Below are positions 1-8,538 of a stretch of DNA of 28,122 nucleotides, in pieces. The position numbers and the translations under genes are program-made. How positions within the stretch are numbered: the stretch's first letter is position 1; each line of letters opens with the position of its first letter. The notes beneath the pieces are model-generated. The model was not told where the DNA came from. It did no database searches and saw only the letters and a program-made list of their open reading frames with translations. Source of the DNA: a virus (lineage: Duplodnaviria > Heunggongvirae > Uroviricota > Caudoviricetes); IMG/VR virus record IMGVR_UViG_2974594660_000001, positions 64,001-92,122 of that record; one strand, written 5' to 3'.

Positions 1-795
1 GTAAGAACTGGTGATAGTAAGGTATTAACTAAACCAGAAGAAAAACGAATGAAACAAATCCAAATGGAAACAAGTTTAGCCCAGTTAGATAACTTACAAT
101 ATGCTAATAGCCCTGAGATGAGGCAGTATAAACTTGAACAAGATCAATTTGATAGAGGGTTGAAACTTGAAGGATTAAATCTTCAAAGACAACAGTTGTC
201 TCAAAATGCTGCTAACCAGCGTGCCATGTTAGCCCTAAGACAAGAAGCAGCTCAGAACAAGATGTCGATGACTGAGTTCAAACTTAGGGGCGAGCTAATC
301 CAGTCACAAGCAGTAGCTGCACAGAGGGCTGAAACAATTGCTGCTGGTAAAGATTTGCTTAATGATCCTGATTTAGAATTAGTTGGTTCTACTGTTGACC
401 GTAAAGTTGCTCGTGGTGCCTCTGATATGTTTGGTGACAGTAGAGGTGTTAATCTTAACTCTAAGATTGATCACTATAACAACAAACTTACTAACCTAGG
501 TAACGCCAACTTGTACTTAGAAGCAGGTGGTAACAGGATCTTTGCTAAAGAGATGGAAAACGCAGCTAAGAACTTTGTTAAGATTAGTGTTGATATGACA
601 CCTACTCAAATCAGAAATGCTCTTGCTAAGAATGAGCAAGTTACATCAAGATTAGATCAAATGGCTAGATCTATGGCTGAAACAGGTCAGCATCTTAAAG
701 CTAGTGAAGTGTCTTATGGTACTCCACAATATGCTACAGCTGCTCCAACACAGTATCACAGTTTTGATCCAAGTCAAGTTAAGATTAGTCGTTAA
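1..795 (+). CDS. Probable internal virion (ejection) protein, 5'-partial
   Basis: The frame is open from base 1 (VRTGDSKVLTKPEEKR) into the tracked ORF 49..795. Gln/Ala-rich helical composition, directly upstream of the 1530-aa protein. Function is inferred from position and composition only. Confidence 0.5.
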   Translation, partial: VRTGDSKVLTKPEEKRMKQIQMETSLAQLDNLQYANSPEMRQYKLEQDQFDRGLKLEGLNLQRQQLSQNAANQRAMLALRQEAAQNKMSMTEFKLRGELIQSQAVAAQRAETIAAGKDLLNDPDLELVGSTVDRKVARGASDMFGDSRGVNLNSKIDHYNNKLTNLGNANLYLEAGGNRIFAKEMENAAKNFVKISVDMTPTQIRNALAKNEQVTSRLDQMARSMAETGQHLKASEVSYGTPQYATAAPTQYHSFDPSQVKISR

Positions 796-800
796 TAACT

Positions 801-822
801 AGGGAGCTCTTTGCTCCCTTTT
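801..822 (+). terminator. Intrinsic terminator-like hairpin between the two virion genes
   Basis: AGGGAGC-TCTTT-GCTCCCT followed by TTT, then RBS AGGAG (823-827) and ATG at 833. Confidence 0.7.
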
Positions 823-832
823 AGGAGATAAT

Positions 833-3800
833 ATGTCTGTAAAAGCAGAATACAATGGTTTTAAGTATGAGTTTCCAGATGGATCAACTGATGCTGATAT
901 TAATAATTACATACAAAATCATCAAATTCAACTTCAGAATCAAGATTCACAAAAAGACAAAAGTTACATGAGTCAAGATCCATATTCAACAATTGACAGT
1001 ATGTCACCAGAATATCAAAATGTTCCTGTACAACAGAATCAGCCAGGTTTCTTTACTGGAACTGAAGATTCAAGTATTGGTAAAACAATTTCTTCTTCTC
1101 TAGATCGTAGATTCCAAAATACACTGGCTTCATTAACTAGTGGTGAGAATCAATCACGTTATCAACGTAGAAAAGCAGAATTAGCTAATAAAGCTTATGC
1201 TGAAGAAGCCTCAAAACTTAGTACTATTGGGCATCTTGCAGCTGGTGCTGTTGATATAGCTCCAGTGATGGCAGCTACAGCTATTACAAGAAACCCAGCA
1301 GCAGGTGCTGCAATGATGGGTGGATTGACTACAGCAGACACACTAGCAGCTCAATTAGAAACCCAAGGTGATTATAACTGGGGTGATGCAGCAGAAGCTG
1401 GTGCTGGTGCAGCTGCTTTTGATATGGCTACAATGGGTGTTGCTGGTAAAGGTCTTAATATAGCAAAACAATTATCTACACCTGTTCGTAGAGTTGCTGG
1501 TGAAGTTGGCACAATGACTGGTCAGGGTGCTGTGTCAGCAGGTGGTGCTAATACATTAATGAACTTAGCATCAGGTCGTCCTTGGGATCAAAACCTAGGT
1601 GAATCTATGGCTATGGGTGGTTTAGCAGGTGGTACAATCCATGGTGGTTCAATGGGGTTCAATAGATTAACAGGTGCTAACCAGGGTTTAGGTGTTCAAC
1701 CTAATGAATCTGGTACAACTTCTATCGATAGACAGACAAGGTTAAAAGATGACGGGTTTAATATTCCAGAGGATGTTTCAAGAACTGCTGTTGAATATGA
1801 CAACCTTTCTCGTCACTTTAATGAAGAGTTAATGGAAACTCCTGCTTATAGTCAGGAAGCTTTTAATCACATTGAAGGGATGGTTAATAACTCATTAGAA
1901 AATGGTTCACCATCAGCTATTTCAAATGCTTATGATACACTGTTAAATAATGGAATGCCATTAACTGCAAAGGGGTTAGATATTGAATTTGGAACAGGTT
2001 ATGGGAGTGAAGGTCTTCACAACTTAGCTGAACTCCAAGGTTATAGCAGAACTGATATAGAAAGAGCTGGATCTGCCTTACATAGACTAGTTCCTCGTAG
2101 AAGTACACTTAAATCAGGATTAAGTCCACAAGGCCAGTTAAAGGGTATTCAAGAAGCTTATAATAAAAGTGTTAATGAAGTTATGTCACCTATAAAAGAG
2201 GGGTTATCTCACTTAGATAGATTGATAGCTGAAAACAGTACCCTCACTGGAGGCCCTGTTACTTCATTAAAAACTGCTCGTAACTCAATGGAACGATTAA
2301 ACAAACTAGCTAATAATTTGTACAGAGAAAGTACAATCCCAACAAAAGATGAACTTAGGGACGTATCTATCTCCTTAATGAGATCTCTGAATGAAGCTGG
2401 TGAATTGGGTAATATGAAAGGATTGGATGGAAAACCTGGATCTTTTAATCCAGTTGATATTATCAGTACCTTAAACTTTGTACATAAAGCTGCTAGCCAA
2501 GCCTATCCAAGTGTTCGTGAAGGTAAGCCTGATGTTTCTAAAGAATCTTCTAAAACTCTTGATATATCACCTGTTGATGCTGTTATTGATGCTGGTCTTT
2601 TAACTGCTGGATTACCTCCTGTTAAAACTATCGGTGGTATGGTTAAGAAGATTATGAGTGGTGGACATCGTGAGAGACAATACAAGAAGGCAACCAGTCG
2701 TGCAGAAGAATCAATGCGTAAGTGGTCAGAAGAAGTAGCTCAGAGATCTAACGACTCTAGTGTAATTAGAAATGAACCTTTGGAAAGAGGTGATCTTGAT
2801 GGTGGTGCTAGTAAAGCAGCAGAAGATTTAGCAGATATGGGTTACTCTGTAAAAGATTCAACCTCACCTAAGATAACTGATGATTTACCTCCTGTAGAGC
2901 CGGCTTCTAAAGGCCCTGAAACAGCACAAGAGCCATCTTCTAGTGAAAAAGGTACAACTAGTCAGGAACAAGTTAAGACCCCAGAGCAACAGCTTAGGGA
3001 GTTTATAGAAGCAATGCCTAAAGCAGATGCTGAGAAGTTTTCTAAGATTATGGATAAGATTTCTTCTGATAATTCCAAGCCTTCGAAAGAGGACTTAACT
3101 TTTGTTGCAGAGATGACAAATCGTTATGGTAAACAACCAGAAACAGAATTTCCATTAGAAGGCCCTACGATCCCTGAATCTATTCTTAAAGAAAGATCTG
3201 GTACAAGTGATCCTAACTTAGCCAGTGATTATATGAGAAGCCAGAGGAACCGTAAACCTAAAGAAGATTCTGTAGTACCTGAAGATAGTAAACAACCTGC
3301 TGATAAAGCAGATCTTATTGATGATGGTCATAAAACTGGTAGATTAGCTGATGATGTGTTTACAGCTCAAGAATTAATTGACGGTGTTACCAAAGCAGAC
3401 ATTAGTGAATTTGCTAGTAAACCTAAGAGAAGGGAGAAGAAAGTTGAAGAACCTAAAGAAGAGATTAAAGAATCTCCTAAATCAACTGTGGATTCCAAAG
3501 ATTTAGCTTCTAAACCGGAAAGAAGGGTTAAAGAAGATTCTAAAGAGGTTGAACAACCTAAGAAAGAAGAGAGTAAAAAAGAAGATACACCTGTTGAAGA
3601 TGTTGAACCTAAAAAGAAATCTTCTGTTGATTCAAAAGACTTAGCTTCTAAACCTGAACAACGTGTTAAAGAAGAACCTAAACAGAAAGAATCTGATAAG
3701 CCTAAAGAAGATGTTAAAGAGTCTGAACCAACTGAACCTAAAACCAAGGCTTTTGAATTAGCTATGAAACCTTTAAATGAGAAGATTTCAGAATTAAATC

Positions 3801-5425
3801 AAGTTAAGGTTAAGGATAGTAATATAAAACTACAGACTGAGCGTGTTAAACAGATTGATTTGAAAAAGAAAATCGAACAAGCTGTTACTAACTATGCTAA
3901 TGATTTTAGAAATAATGTTACTAAAAATGAGATTGGTCAGATAATTTTAGACATGGGTGGTGTTTCAAAACTTACAGAAGGCGGAAGAACCCCTGCTCAA
4001 AATCTTAAACTCTTAATGGATGAGCACAAGGCTAAAGTAGCTGAACAAGCTTCTAAAGATGTTGAAAACATTAAGAAACTTTCTGATGAAGAGATTCGTA
4101 AGATTGAAGAGTCCAAGAAAGAGGAGTTTGAGAAAGCTGTAACTGATACACTTAGGGCTAAGGGTATTGAAGATTCTGTTATATCTGAAGCTATTAGTAG
4201 GGCTAAGGGTGAGCTTGATGGGGATATAAAACCTTCTCACATACTAGACTACTCTAAGAGGATTATGAAAGAAAACTCTGAAGCTGCTAAAGCGGAAGCT
4301 CTTAAAACATCTGAATCTTTGAAAAGTAAAGAAAAAGATTTATCTAATCTTAAATCTGGTGAAATAAAAACTATAACCAGGACTTTACGTGATAGTAAGA
4401 ATGATTTAAGAGAGTATGCTGATAGGTTAGGTATGGGTTCTGATAAAGATGTCAAGAATATTATTGAAAGGGCTACACGTAGTCTTAGTGGGAAAGGTAA
4501 AGCACTTACAGAGGCTCAAGAGAGATCTGTTATTAATAAGATTCATGACCATATCGATGCTCAAACCAAAGCTTATGAAGAGGCATTATCAAAACCTATG
4601 ACTGATCAACCAGTTGAGTTGGCTAGATATAAAGAAACACTTTCTAGTCTTAAAAGAGCTCAGGGGTTAAAAGATTCAGCCCAGTCTAATCTAAACAACA
4701 AGATTGACAGTAGGAAAAAGGATGCTGAAAGATTAGCTCAGAGATATGAGAAGAGGGATACTGAAATTGAATCACTGAATAAGGAGATTCAGGATCTTAG
4801 GAAGGAGTTGGATAAATCTAATGAAGTACTCAAAGATGCTACTGATTCTATTTCCAAACTAGAAAGTATTTCTAAATCAGATATTGATAATGTCAATGTT
4901 GACACATCTAAAATGCATGATAAAATTACCAATGAAGTTAAGAAGATGTTGGAAGATGTTCCTTCTTCAGATGTGATGGAAAGAACAAATCGTGTTGTTG
5001 AAGACATGCCAGCTACATTAGAAAATGTCAATGATCCTAGGTTCATAGCATATAAAGCAACGTTAGAAGGCGTGTCAGATGCATTGAGAGGGTCTGGTAA
5101 GACACAAGAAGCCAAAGCTACTAATGCTACCTTAAAAGCTCTTGAGAATGCATTGAAGCGCAAAGAATTGACTGATAATCCAGAGTTATGGGTGTCAGTT
5201 GAGGATAGGAATATGATAAACAAGAAACTTAGTGAGGACAAACCAAGTATCGCTCCTTATTATGGTACACTTTACCAGAAATTAAGAGCAGCTGTATTTG
5301 GTGATGAATCCACTAAGCATTATGTTCATTATACTGAGGGTAGGATTAATTCTGAGATCCGTAAGTTGAAGGAGAAAAACATCAACCCAGGAGAAGCAGG
5401 TATTGATTCACCTAATATTAAATAA
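833..5425 (+). CDS. Large internal virion / DNA-ejection protein (1530 aa)
   Basis: Good RBS. N-terminal YNGFKYEFPDG motif, then Gly/Ala-rich hydrophobic segments (about aa 130-275), a Lys/Glu/Pro low-complexity repeat region and a long coiled-coil C-terminus. Last gene of the + strand arm. Confidence 0.6.
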   Translation: MSVKAEYNGFKYEFPDGSTDADINNYIQNHQIQLQNQDSQKDKSYMSQDPYSTIDSMSPEYQNVPVQQNQPGFFTGTEDSSIGKTISSSLDRRFQNTLASLTSGENQSRYQRRKAELANKAYAEEASKLSTIGHLAAGAVDIAPVMAATAITRNPAAGAAMMGGLTTADTLAAQLETQGDYNWGDAAEAGAGAAAFDMATMGVAGKGLNIAKQLSTPVRRVAGEVGTMTGQGAVSAGGANTLMNLASGRPWDQNLGESMAMGGLAGGTIHGGSMGFNRLTGANQGLGVQPNESGTTSIDRQTRLKDDGFNIPEDVSRTAVEYDNLSRHFNEELMETPAYSQEAFNHIEGMVNNSLENGSPSAISNAYDTLLNNGMPLTAKGLDIEFGTGYGSEGLHNLAELQGYSRTDIERAGSALHRLVPRRSTLKSGLSPQGQLKGIQEAYNKSVNEVMSPIKEGLSHLDRLIAENSTLTGGPVTSLKTARNSMERLNKLANNLYRESTIPTKDELRDVSISLMRSLNEAGELGNMKGLDGKPGSFNPVDIISTLNFVHKAASQAYPSVREGKPDVSKESSKTLDISPVDAVIDAGLLTAGLPPVKTIGGMVKKIMSGGHRERQYKKATSRAEESMRKWSEEVAQRSNDSSVIRNEPLERGDLDGGASKAAEDLADMGYSVKDSTSPKITDDLPPVEPASKGPETAQEPSSSEKGTTSQEQVKTPEQQLREFIEAMPKADAEKFSKIMDKISSDNSKPSKEDLTFVAEMTNRYGKQPETEFPLEGPTIPESILKERSGTSDPNLASDYMRSQRNRKPKEDSVVPEDSKQPADKADLIDDGHKTGRLADDVFTAQELIDGVTKADISEFASKPKRREKKVEEPKEEIKESPKSTVDSKDLASKPERRVKEDSKEVEQPKKEESKKEDTPVEDVEPKKKSSVDSKDLASKPEQRVKEEPKQKESDKPKEDVKESEPTEPKTKAFELAMKPLNEKISELNQVKVKDSNIKLQTERVKQIDLKKKIEQAVTNYANDFRNNVTKNEIGQIILDMGGVSKLTEGGRTPAQNLKLLMDEHKAKVAEQASKDVENIKKLSDEEIRKIEESKKEEFEKAVTDTLRAKGIEDSVISEAISRAKGELDGDIKPSHILDYSKRIMKENSEAAKAEALKTSESLKSKEKDLSNLKSGEIKTITRTLRDSKNDLREYADRLGMGSDKDVKNIIERATRSLSGKGKALTEAQERSVINKIHDHIDAQTKAYEEALSKPMTDQPVELARYKETLSSLKRAQGLKDSAQSNLNNKIDSRKKDAERLAQRYEKRDTEIESLNKEIQDLRKELDKSNEVLKDATDSISKLESISKSDIDNVNVDTSKMHDKITNEVKKMLEDVPSSDVMERTNRVVEDMPATLENVNDPRFIAYKATLEGVSDALRGSGKTQEAKATNATLKALENALKRKELTDNPELWVSVEDRNMINKKLSEDKPSIAPYYGTLYQKLRAAVFGDESTKHYVHYTEGRINSEIRKLKEKNINPGEAGIDSPNIK
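3486..3675 (+). repeat. Intragenic imperfect direct repeat (about 52 nt, offset 138 nt)
   Basis: 3486-3537 and 3624-3675 encode VDSKDLASKPERRVKE and VDSKDLASKPEQRVKE. A degenerate third unit, FASKPKRREKK, lies just upstream. Confidence 0.9.
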
Positions 5426-5456
5426 AAAATAGGCTCCTTTATTGGAGCCTTTTCTC
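5424..5456. terminator. Bidirectional intrinsic terminator between convergent arms
   Basis: AGGCTCC-TTTATT-GGAGCCT (5431-5450), with an A-tract on the left and TTTT on the right. Confidence 0.85.
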
Positions 5457-5708
5457 TTTCTGTAGTTTTATTATGATTTTTTGTAATTGTAATAATTTAT
5501 CATAACTGCCCATTAGTTTTAAATTATTTGATACAATACCATCCAATATTTCGTGATTAGTTTTACCCGTCACAGTAGTAGGGGGATCAGGGGGTATCAA
5601 CAGATCTTTTGGAATCACCGGAAGGGGTTCCGTCTTTAATACTGGAGTTGTAGATGCGCAACCACTCAGAATCAATAGACTCAGAACGACTATTTGGGTT
5701 TTGAGCAT
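5439..5708 (-). CDS. Outer-membrane spanin (Rz1-like lipoprotein)
   Basis: Signal peptide with lipobox LLILSGC, Pro-rich segment (EPLPVIPKDLLIPPDPP), overlapping the 3' end of the i-spanin in another frame. Confidence 0.85.
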   Translation of the reverse strand: MLKTQIVVLSLLILSGCASTTPVLKTEPLPVIPKDLLIPPDPPTTVTGKTNHEILDGIVSNNLKLMGSYDKLLQLQKIIIKLQKEKRLQ

Positions 5709-5976
5709 ATTTTATCACCTCTCTAATTACTACTTCTTTTTCCTTCTCTTTAAGTTTATATAATTTAAGATAATCATTATGCATGTCCTCTATAAGACCC
5801 TGCACTTTTATGTTATCATCTATAACACTTCTTAGAGCTTTATTTTCATTTTGAGAATGGGATAACTCAGATTTATCGTAACCTCTCAAATACCCCACAT
5901 TGTAAGTGACACAAAAAGACGTCACTATCCCTGATATAACTAGTATAGAAATAAAAGCAAGTTTGAAGTTTATCAT
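5587..5976 (-). CDS. Inner-membrane spanin (Rz-like)
   Basis: N-terminal TM helix followed by a coiled-coil periplasmic domain. Overlapped spanin architecture with the lipoprotein gene. Confidence 0.8.
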   Translation of the reverse strand: MINFKLAFISILVISGIVTSFCVTYNVGYLRGYDKSELSHSQNENKALRSVIDDNIKVQGLIEDMHNDYLKLYKLKEKEKEVVIREVIKYAQNPNSRSESIDSEWLRIYNSSIKDGTPSGDSKRSVDTP

Positions 5977-6404
5977 AAGAGTTCCTCATTAAATTGATCT
6001 TGAACCCAGTGTCTAAAACCTTGCTTGTCAGCCCATTCTTGGTGAGTAGCTTTAGTTCCATCTTTCCTTTTCTTTGCAAATGGAAAAACTGTACCATCTC
6101 TTTCCCAAATAAAAACTAATTCTGAATTCTCTGGTAAAAAATCTCTAATAAATAAATATTTTCTAGCCTCTGTACTATCTCGGAATCTGCCTTTGGTTTC
6201 TATGAAGTATGTGATACCATTCTTCTCTATTACAAAATCTGGTTCATATGTATGTGGTACTTCATAAGAAATCTTATCATCTTTACAGTGGAATCTGGCA
6301 TTAGATAATTTTGTTTCATGCAGATTCTTTTCAAGCATAGAGTCATATGGTGTACCTTTCAGTATATTTTCTTTCTTTTTAAAATACCTCTTCTTAAAAG
6401 CCAA
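5973..6404 (-). CDS. T7 gp3-like endonuclease I (Holliday junction resolvase)
   Basis: YDSMLEK...TYEPDF...IETKGRF, a PD-(D/E)XK pattern. TTG start with RBS AAGGAG. Confidence 0.85.
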   Translation of the reverse strand: MAFKKRYFKKKENILKGTPYDSMLEKNLHETKLSNARFHCKDDKISYEVPHTYEPDFVIEKNGITYFIETKGRFRDSTEARKYLFIRDFLPENSELVFIWERDGTVFPFAKKRKDGTKATHQEWADKQGFRHWVQDQFNEELL

Positions 6405-6424
6405 TTTTGTTCTCCTTATAAACT

Positions 6425-6448
6425 AAAAACCCCGCACTAGGCGAGGTT
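6425..6448 (-). terminator. Intrinsic terminator
   Basis: Minus strand reads AACCTCGC-CTAGT-GCGGGGTT followed by TTT. Confidence 0.75.
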
Positions 6449-6458
6449 AGTCTTGTTC

Positions 6459-6659
6459 TTATTCTTTCAATCCACACCAAGGGTTGTTTTTGAAATTGAA
6501 TTGTTTATTCTTAATTTTCCTTTCCTTATTGGACTCTGATAAACGGAACCATTTAGACTCTGTATCATCTTCGTCATACTCTGAGAAAAGTGTGTTTTCA
6601 ACTTCATCTAAATCATATTGTAAAGCATCATCAAAAATTGGATAATCTTTAGTATTCAT
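6459..6659 (-). CDS. Hypothetical protein (acidic N-terminus, basic C-terminus)
   Basis: 66-aa ORF with RBS AAGGA; no recognisable motif. Confidence 0.65.
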   Translation of the reverse strand: MNTKDYPIFDDALQYDLDEVENTLFSEYDEDDTESKWFRLSESNKERKIKNKQFNFKNNPWCGLKE

Positions 6660-6793
6660 AAATCTTTTCCTTTATAAATAGGATAAATAACAGGGTATCT
6701 ACATATATTAGTATTTATAAGTTATTTTACTTACAGTGTAGAATTAAATAGAAAAAGTGTAAGGTTTTACAAAAAGAAGAGTATTATTACCTT

Positions 6794-6825
6794 TATATTA
6801 TGTGCAATAATTATTTGTAGTTTTT
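6794..6825. repeat. Dispersed 32-bp intergenic repeat, copy 1
   Basis: TATATTATGTGCAATAATTATTT-G-TAGTTTTT; 31/32 identical to 17266..17297. Confidence 0.9.
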
Positions 6826-6842
6826 TCATACAATTTGTATAA

Positions 6843-7388
6843 TTATTCATCACTTCCTAAGTGTATCATAACATCTCTATTAACTGTTGTGAATTTTGTT
6901 GGTTCTTCATTAGGTGAAAATATAAGAAACATACTACCTTTGTTGTTCCCATTCACAGGGACTTGTGTATCAGCCCTGACAAATGATATTCTTCCGCCAA
7001 CTACAAACATAACCTCTGATACATTTAATTCTAATGCCCTATTAAACCAACCGACTGAAGTATCAGCAGGCACTAGCATCACAGTAGTAACACCTTTAGT
7101 TGATTCCTCATGAGCTTTTTCAACCCAAGGTCTTATATCAGAGTAGGGAGGGTTTAACCATACAGATTCTTCATTAACATTTATACTAGAAGACCAATCT
7201 TGTTCTAGAGAGTTATCATTTACAGTGAAATAATGTGGGCACAGGTGGTTTAGATTACTTGCTGCAGCATCTAGTGTAAAATTATAACCTAATTCATATT
7301 TCATATAATTAAAAATTGATCTTGGTGTCTGCCATAAATCTCTTATGTTTACAGGTGTTGTGCTTTCGTATAAATAATCTTGTGACAT
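6843..7388 (-). CDS. dam: Phage DNA N6-adenine methyltransferase (Dam-like, PF05869 type)
   Basis: DLWQTP, DAAAS and WLNPPYS (NPPY catalytic motif). Recognition sequence not determinable from the protein sequence. Confidence 0.9.
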   Translation of the reverse strand: MSQDYLYESTTPVNIRDLWQTPRSIFNYMKYELGYNFTLDAAASNLNHLCPHYFTVNDNSLEQDWSSSINVNEESVWLNPPYSDIRPWVEKAHEESTKGVTTVMLVPADTSVGWFNRALELNVSEVMFVVGGRISFVRADTQVPVNGNNKGSMFLIFSPNEEPTKFTTVNRDVMIHLGSDE

Positions 7389-7397
7389 AAAACATCC

Positions 7398-7568
7398 TCA
7401 GAATGGTAAGTTCTCAAATTCTTTTTCAATTTCTGGCTTGTATTTTCTCATTAGAGCTTCACCACAATCTTTACAGAAATTAAAACCCTCAGTAAGAGGG
7501 TCTTTTATTAAGAATATCTTTTTACAAATCTTGCATTGGCATTCATAACCACTTTTAACCTTTTTCAC
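7398..7568 (-). CDS. Small zinc-ribbon protein (56 aa, not in ORF track)
   Basis: Manually translated: GTG start at 7568 with AAGGGG RBS; VKKVKSGYECQCKICKK...FCKDCGEALMRKYKPEIEKEFENLPF. Two CxxC pairs. Fills the gap between the flanking genes. Confidence 0.7.
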   Translation of the reverse strand: MKKVKSGYECQCKICKKIFLIKDPLTEGFNFCKDCGEALMRKYKPEIEKEFENLPF

Positions 7569-7830
7569 CGAATAACCCCTTAATCATTTGTTCAAATTCT
7601 TCACCTTTTTCATACACTTGTTCAGCTTCAATCATTGCATAATGTACTACTTTAAGTAAATCTTGAAGGCCATTCTTAGTCTTATGCCTAAAGGAGTATT
7701 TTATCATGTTCATCTGGTTCCAATCCAATTGTGGGTTCTTATGGAAAAATTCAATAGGTTGAATGCCATCGACTTTGTAATGGCTACCACCAACCATAGT
7801 GTTTAATGCTGTTCTTTTCTCACCTGACAT
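7555..7830 (-). CDS. DUF3310-family protein (T7 gp1.7-like nucleotide kinase family)
   Basis: VGGSHY...IQPIEF...NMIKYSFR..TKNGLQDLLKVVHY. The ATG at 7830 is better spaced from RBS AGGAG than the ATG at 7836. Confidence 0.75.
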   Translation of the reverse strand: MSGEKRTALNTMVGGSHYKVDGIQPIEFFHKNPQLDWNQMNMIKYSFRHKTKNGLQDLLKVVHYAMIEAEQVYEKGEEFEQMIKGLFGEKG

Positions 7831-7832
7831 AA

Positions 7833-7895
7833 TCATCTCCTGCTTGCTGCATAAAATAAATAAAGTATTAAAAATAATAAGATTAAGGATATCAT
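7833..7895 (-). CDS. 20-aa single-TM mini-protein (not in ORF track)
   Basis: MISLILLFLILYLFYAASRR. Its ATG overlaps the upstream TGA stop (ATGA) and it fills the gap exactly. Confidence 0.5.
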   Translation of the reverse strand: MISLILLFLILYLFYAASRR

Positions 7896-8293
7896 ATTTT
7901 TACCCTCTTATAAACCATTTCATAATTAAAAGGCTTTGTTTCCCTGGTTATGCAAATAAAAGGTATTTTCAATTCTTTAGCCACTTGGTATAACCATTTA
8001 TAGCCACCAAACAGCCTAGAATCACCTGTAGACAGTGCTACTAATACAGATAGACAATCACCTACATGCATGTCAAACTCTCTGTGAAATGCCATAGAAG
8101 CTGTTATTTTCCCATCCTCTGTTACAACATACTCCCACCTGTCTGTGTAAACAATTGTTCCACATAAATTAAAGAAATACTCGTCAAAATCTCTATGTTG
8201 GAATATTTTACAGGAGTCATATACAACTTTTGCAAAATCCTTGTCAAATCCATAAGTTGGCTCACCTTTTCTACATAAATATTTTCTAATCAT
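7892..8293 (-). CDS. Hypothetical protein, possibly GNAT-like fold
   Basis: 133 aa with ATGA coupling. Alternating beta/alpha pattern (WEYVVTEDGKITASMAF...CLSVLVALS...WLYQVAKELKIPFICITR). The fold assignment is a weak impression. Confidence 0.45.
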   Translation of the reverse strand: MIRKYLCRKGEPTYGFDKDFAKVVYDSCKIFQHRDFDEYFFNLCGTIVYTDRWEYVVTEDGKITASMAFHREFDMHVGDCLSVLVALSTGDSRLFGGYKWLYQVAKELKIPFICITRETKPFNYEMVYKRVKI

Positions 8294-8538
8294 AAAGGCA
8301 TTACACCTCCATATGTATATGAAGGAATCACCGAAGTTTTATCAGTGAATTTCTTCTCAAATAAACTACGATTCATTGCCCATTTTGTACCAATAGGGTG
8401 CCCGTCATAGGACACCTCTAAATTAATATAAATAATTAAATCCATGGTACAGTCGTTTCCCATTTTGGCAAAATCAACAACTTGGACTAATGTTTTTCTG
8501 TTTATAGACCTAAATTTACTATTTATTGAGATTTCCAT
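8290..8538 (-). CDS. DUF1653-like small protein
   Basis: FRSINRKTLVQVVDFAK...LIIYINL...KWAMNRSLFEKKF resembles the DUF1653 pattern. Confidence 0.5.
   Translation of the reverse strand: MEISINSKFRSINRKTLVQVVDFAKMGNDCTMDLIIYINLEVSYDGHPIGTKWAMNRSLFEKKFTDKTSVIPSYTYGGVMPL

Noticed and set aside
1917-5241. Six minus-strand ORFs (63-150 aa) inside the 1530-aa gene
   Set aside because: They are antisense shadows of biased codon usage and K/E/P repeats: Ser/Leu-rich translations with no RBS or motifs.
5873-6097. Tracked 74-aa minus ORF, and alternative-frame minus ORFs at 13434..13676, 16351..16533 and 16375..16560
   Set aside because: They are fully overlapped by better-supported genes in other frames and have no independent evidence.
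6794-6825. TTGCAC in the 32-bp repeat as a sigma70 -35 box
   Set aside because: No TAnnnT hexamer falls 16-18 nt downstream in either copy.
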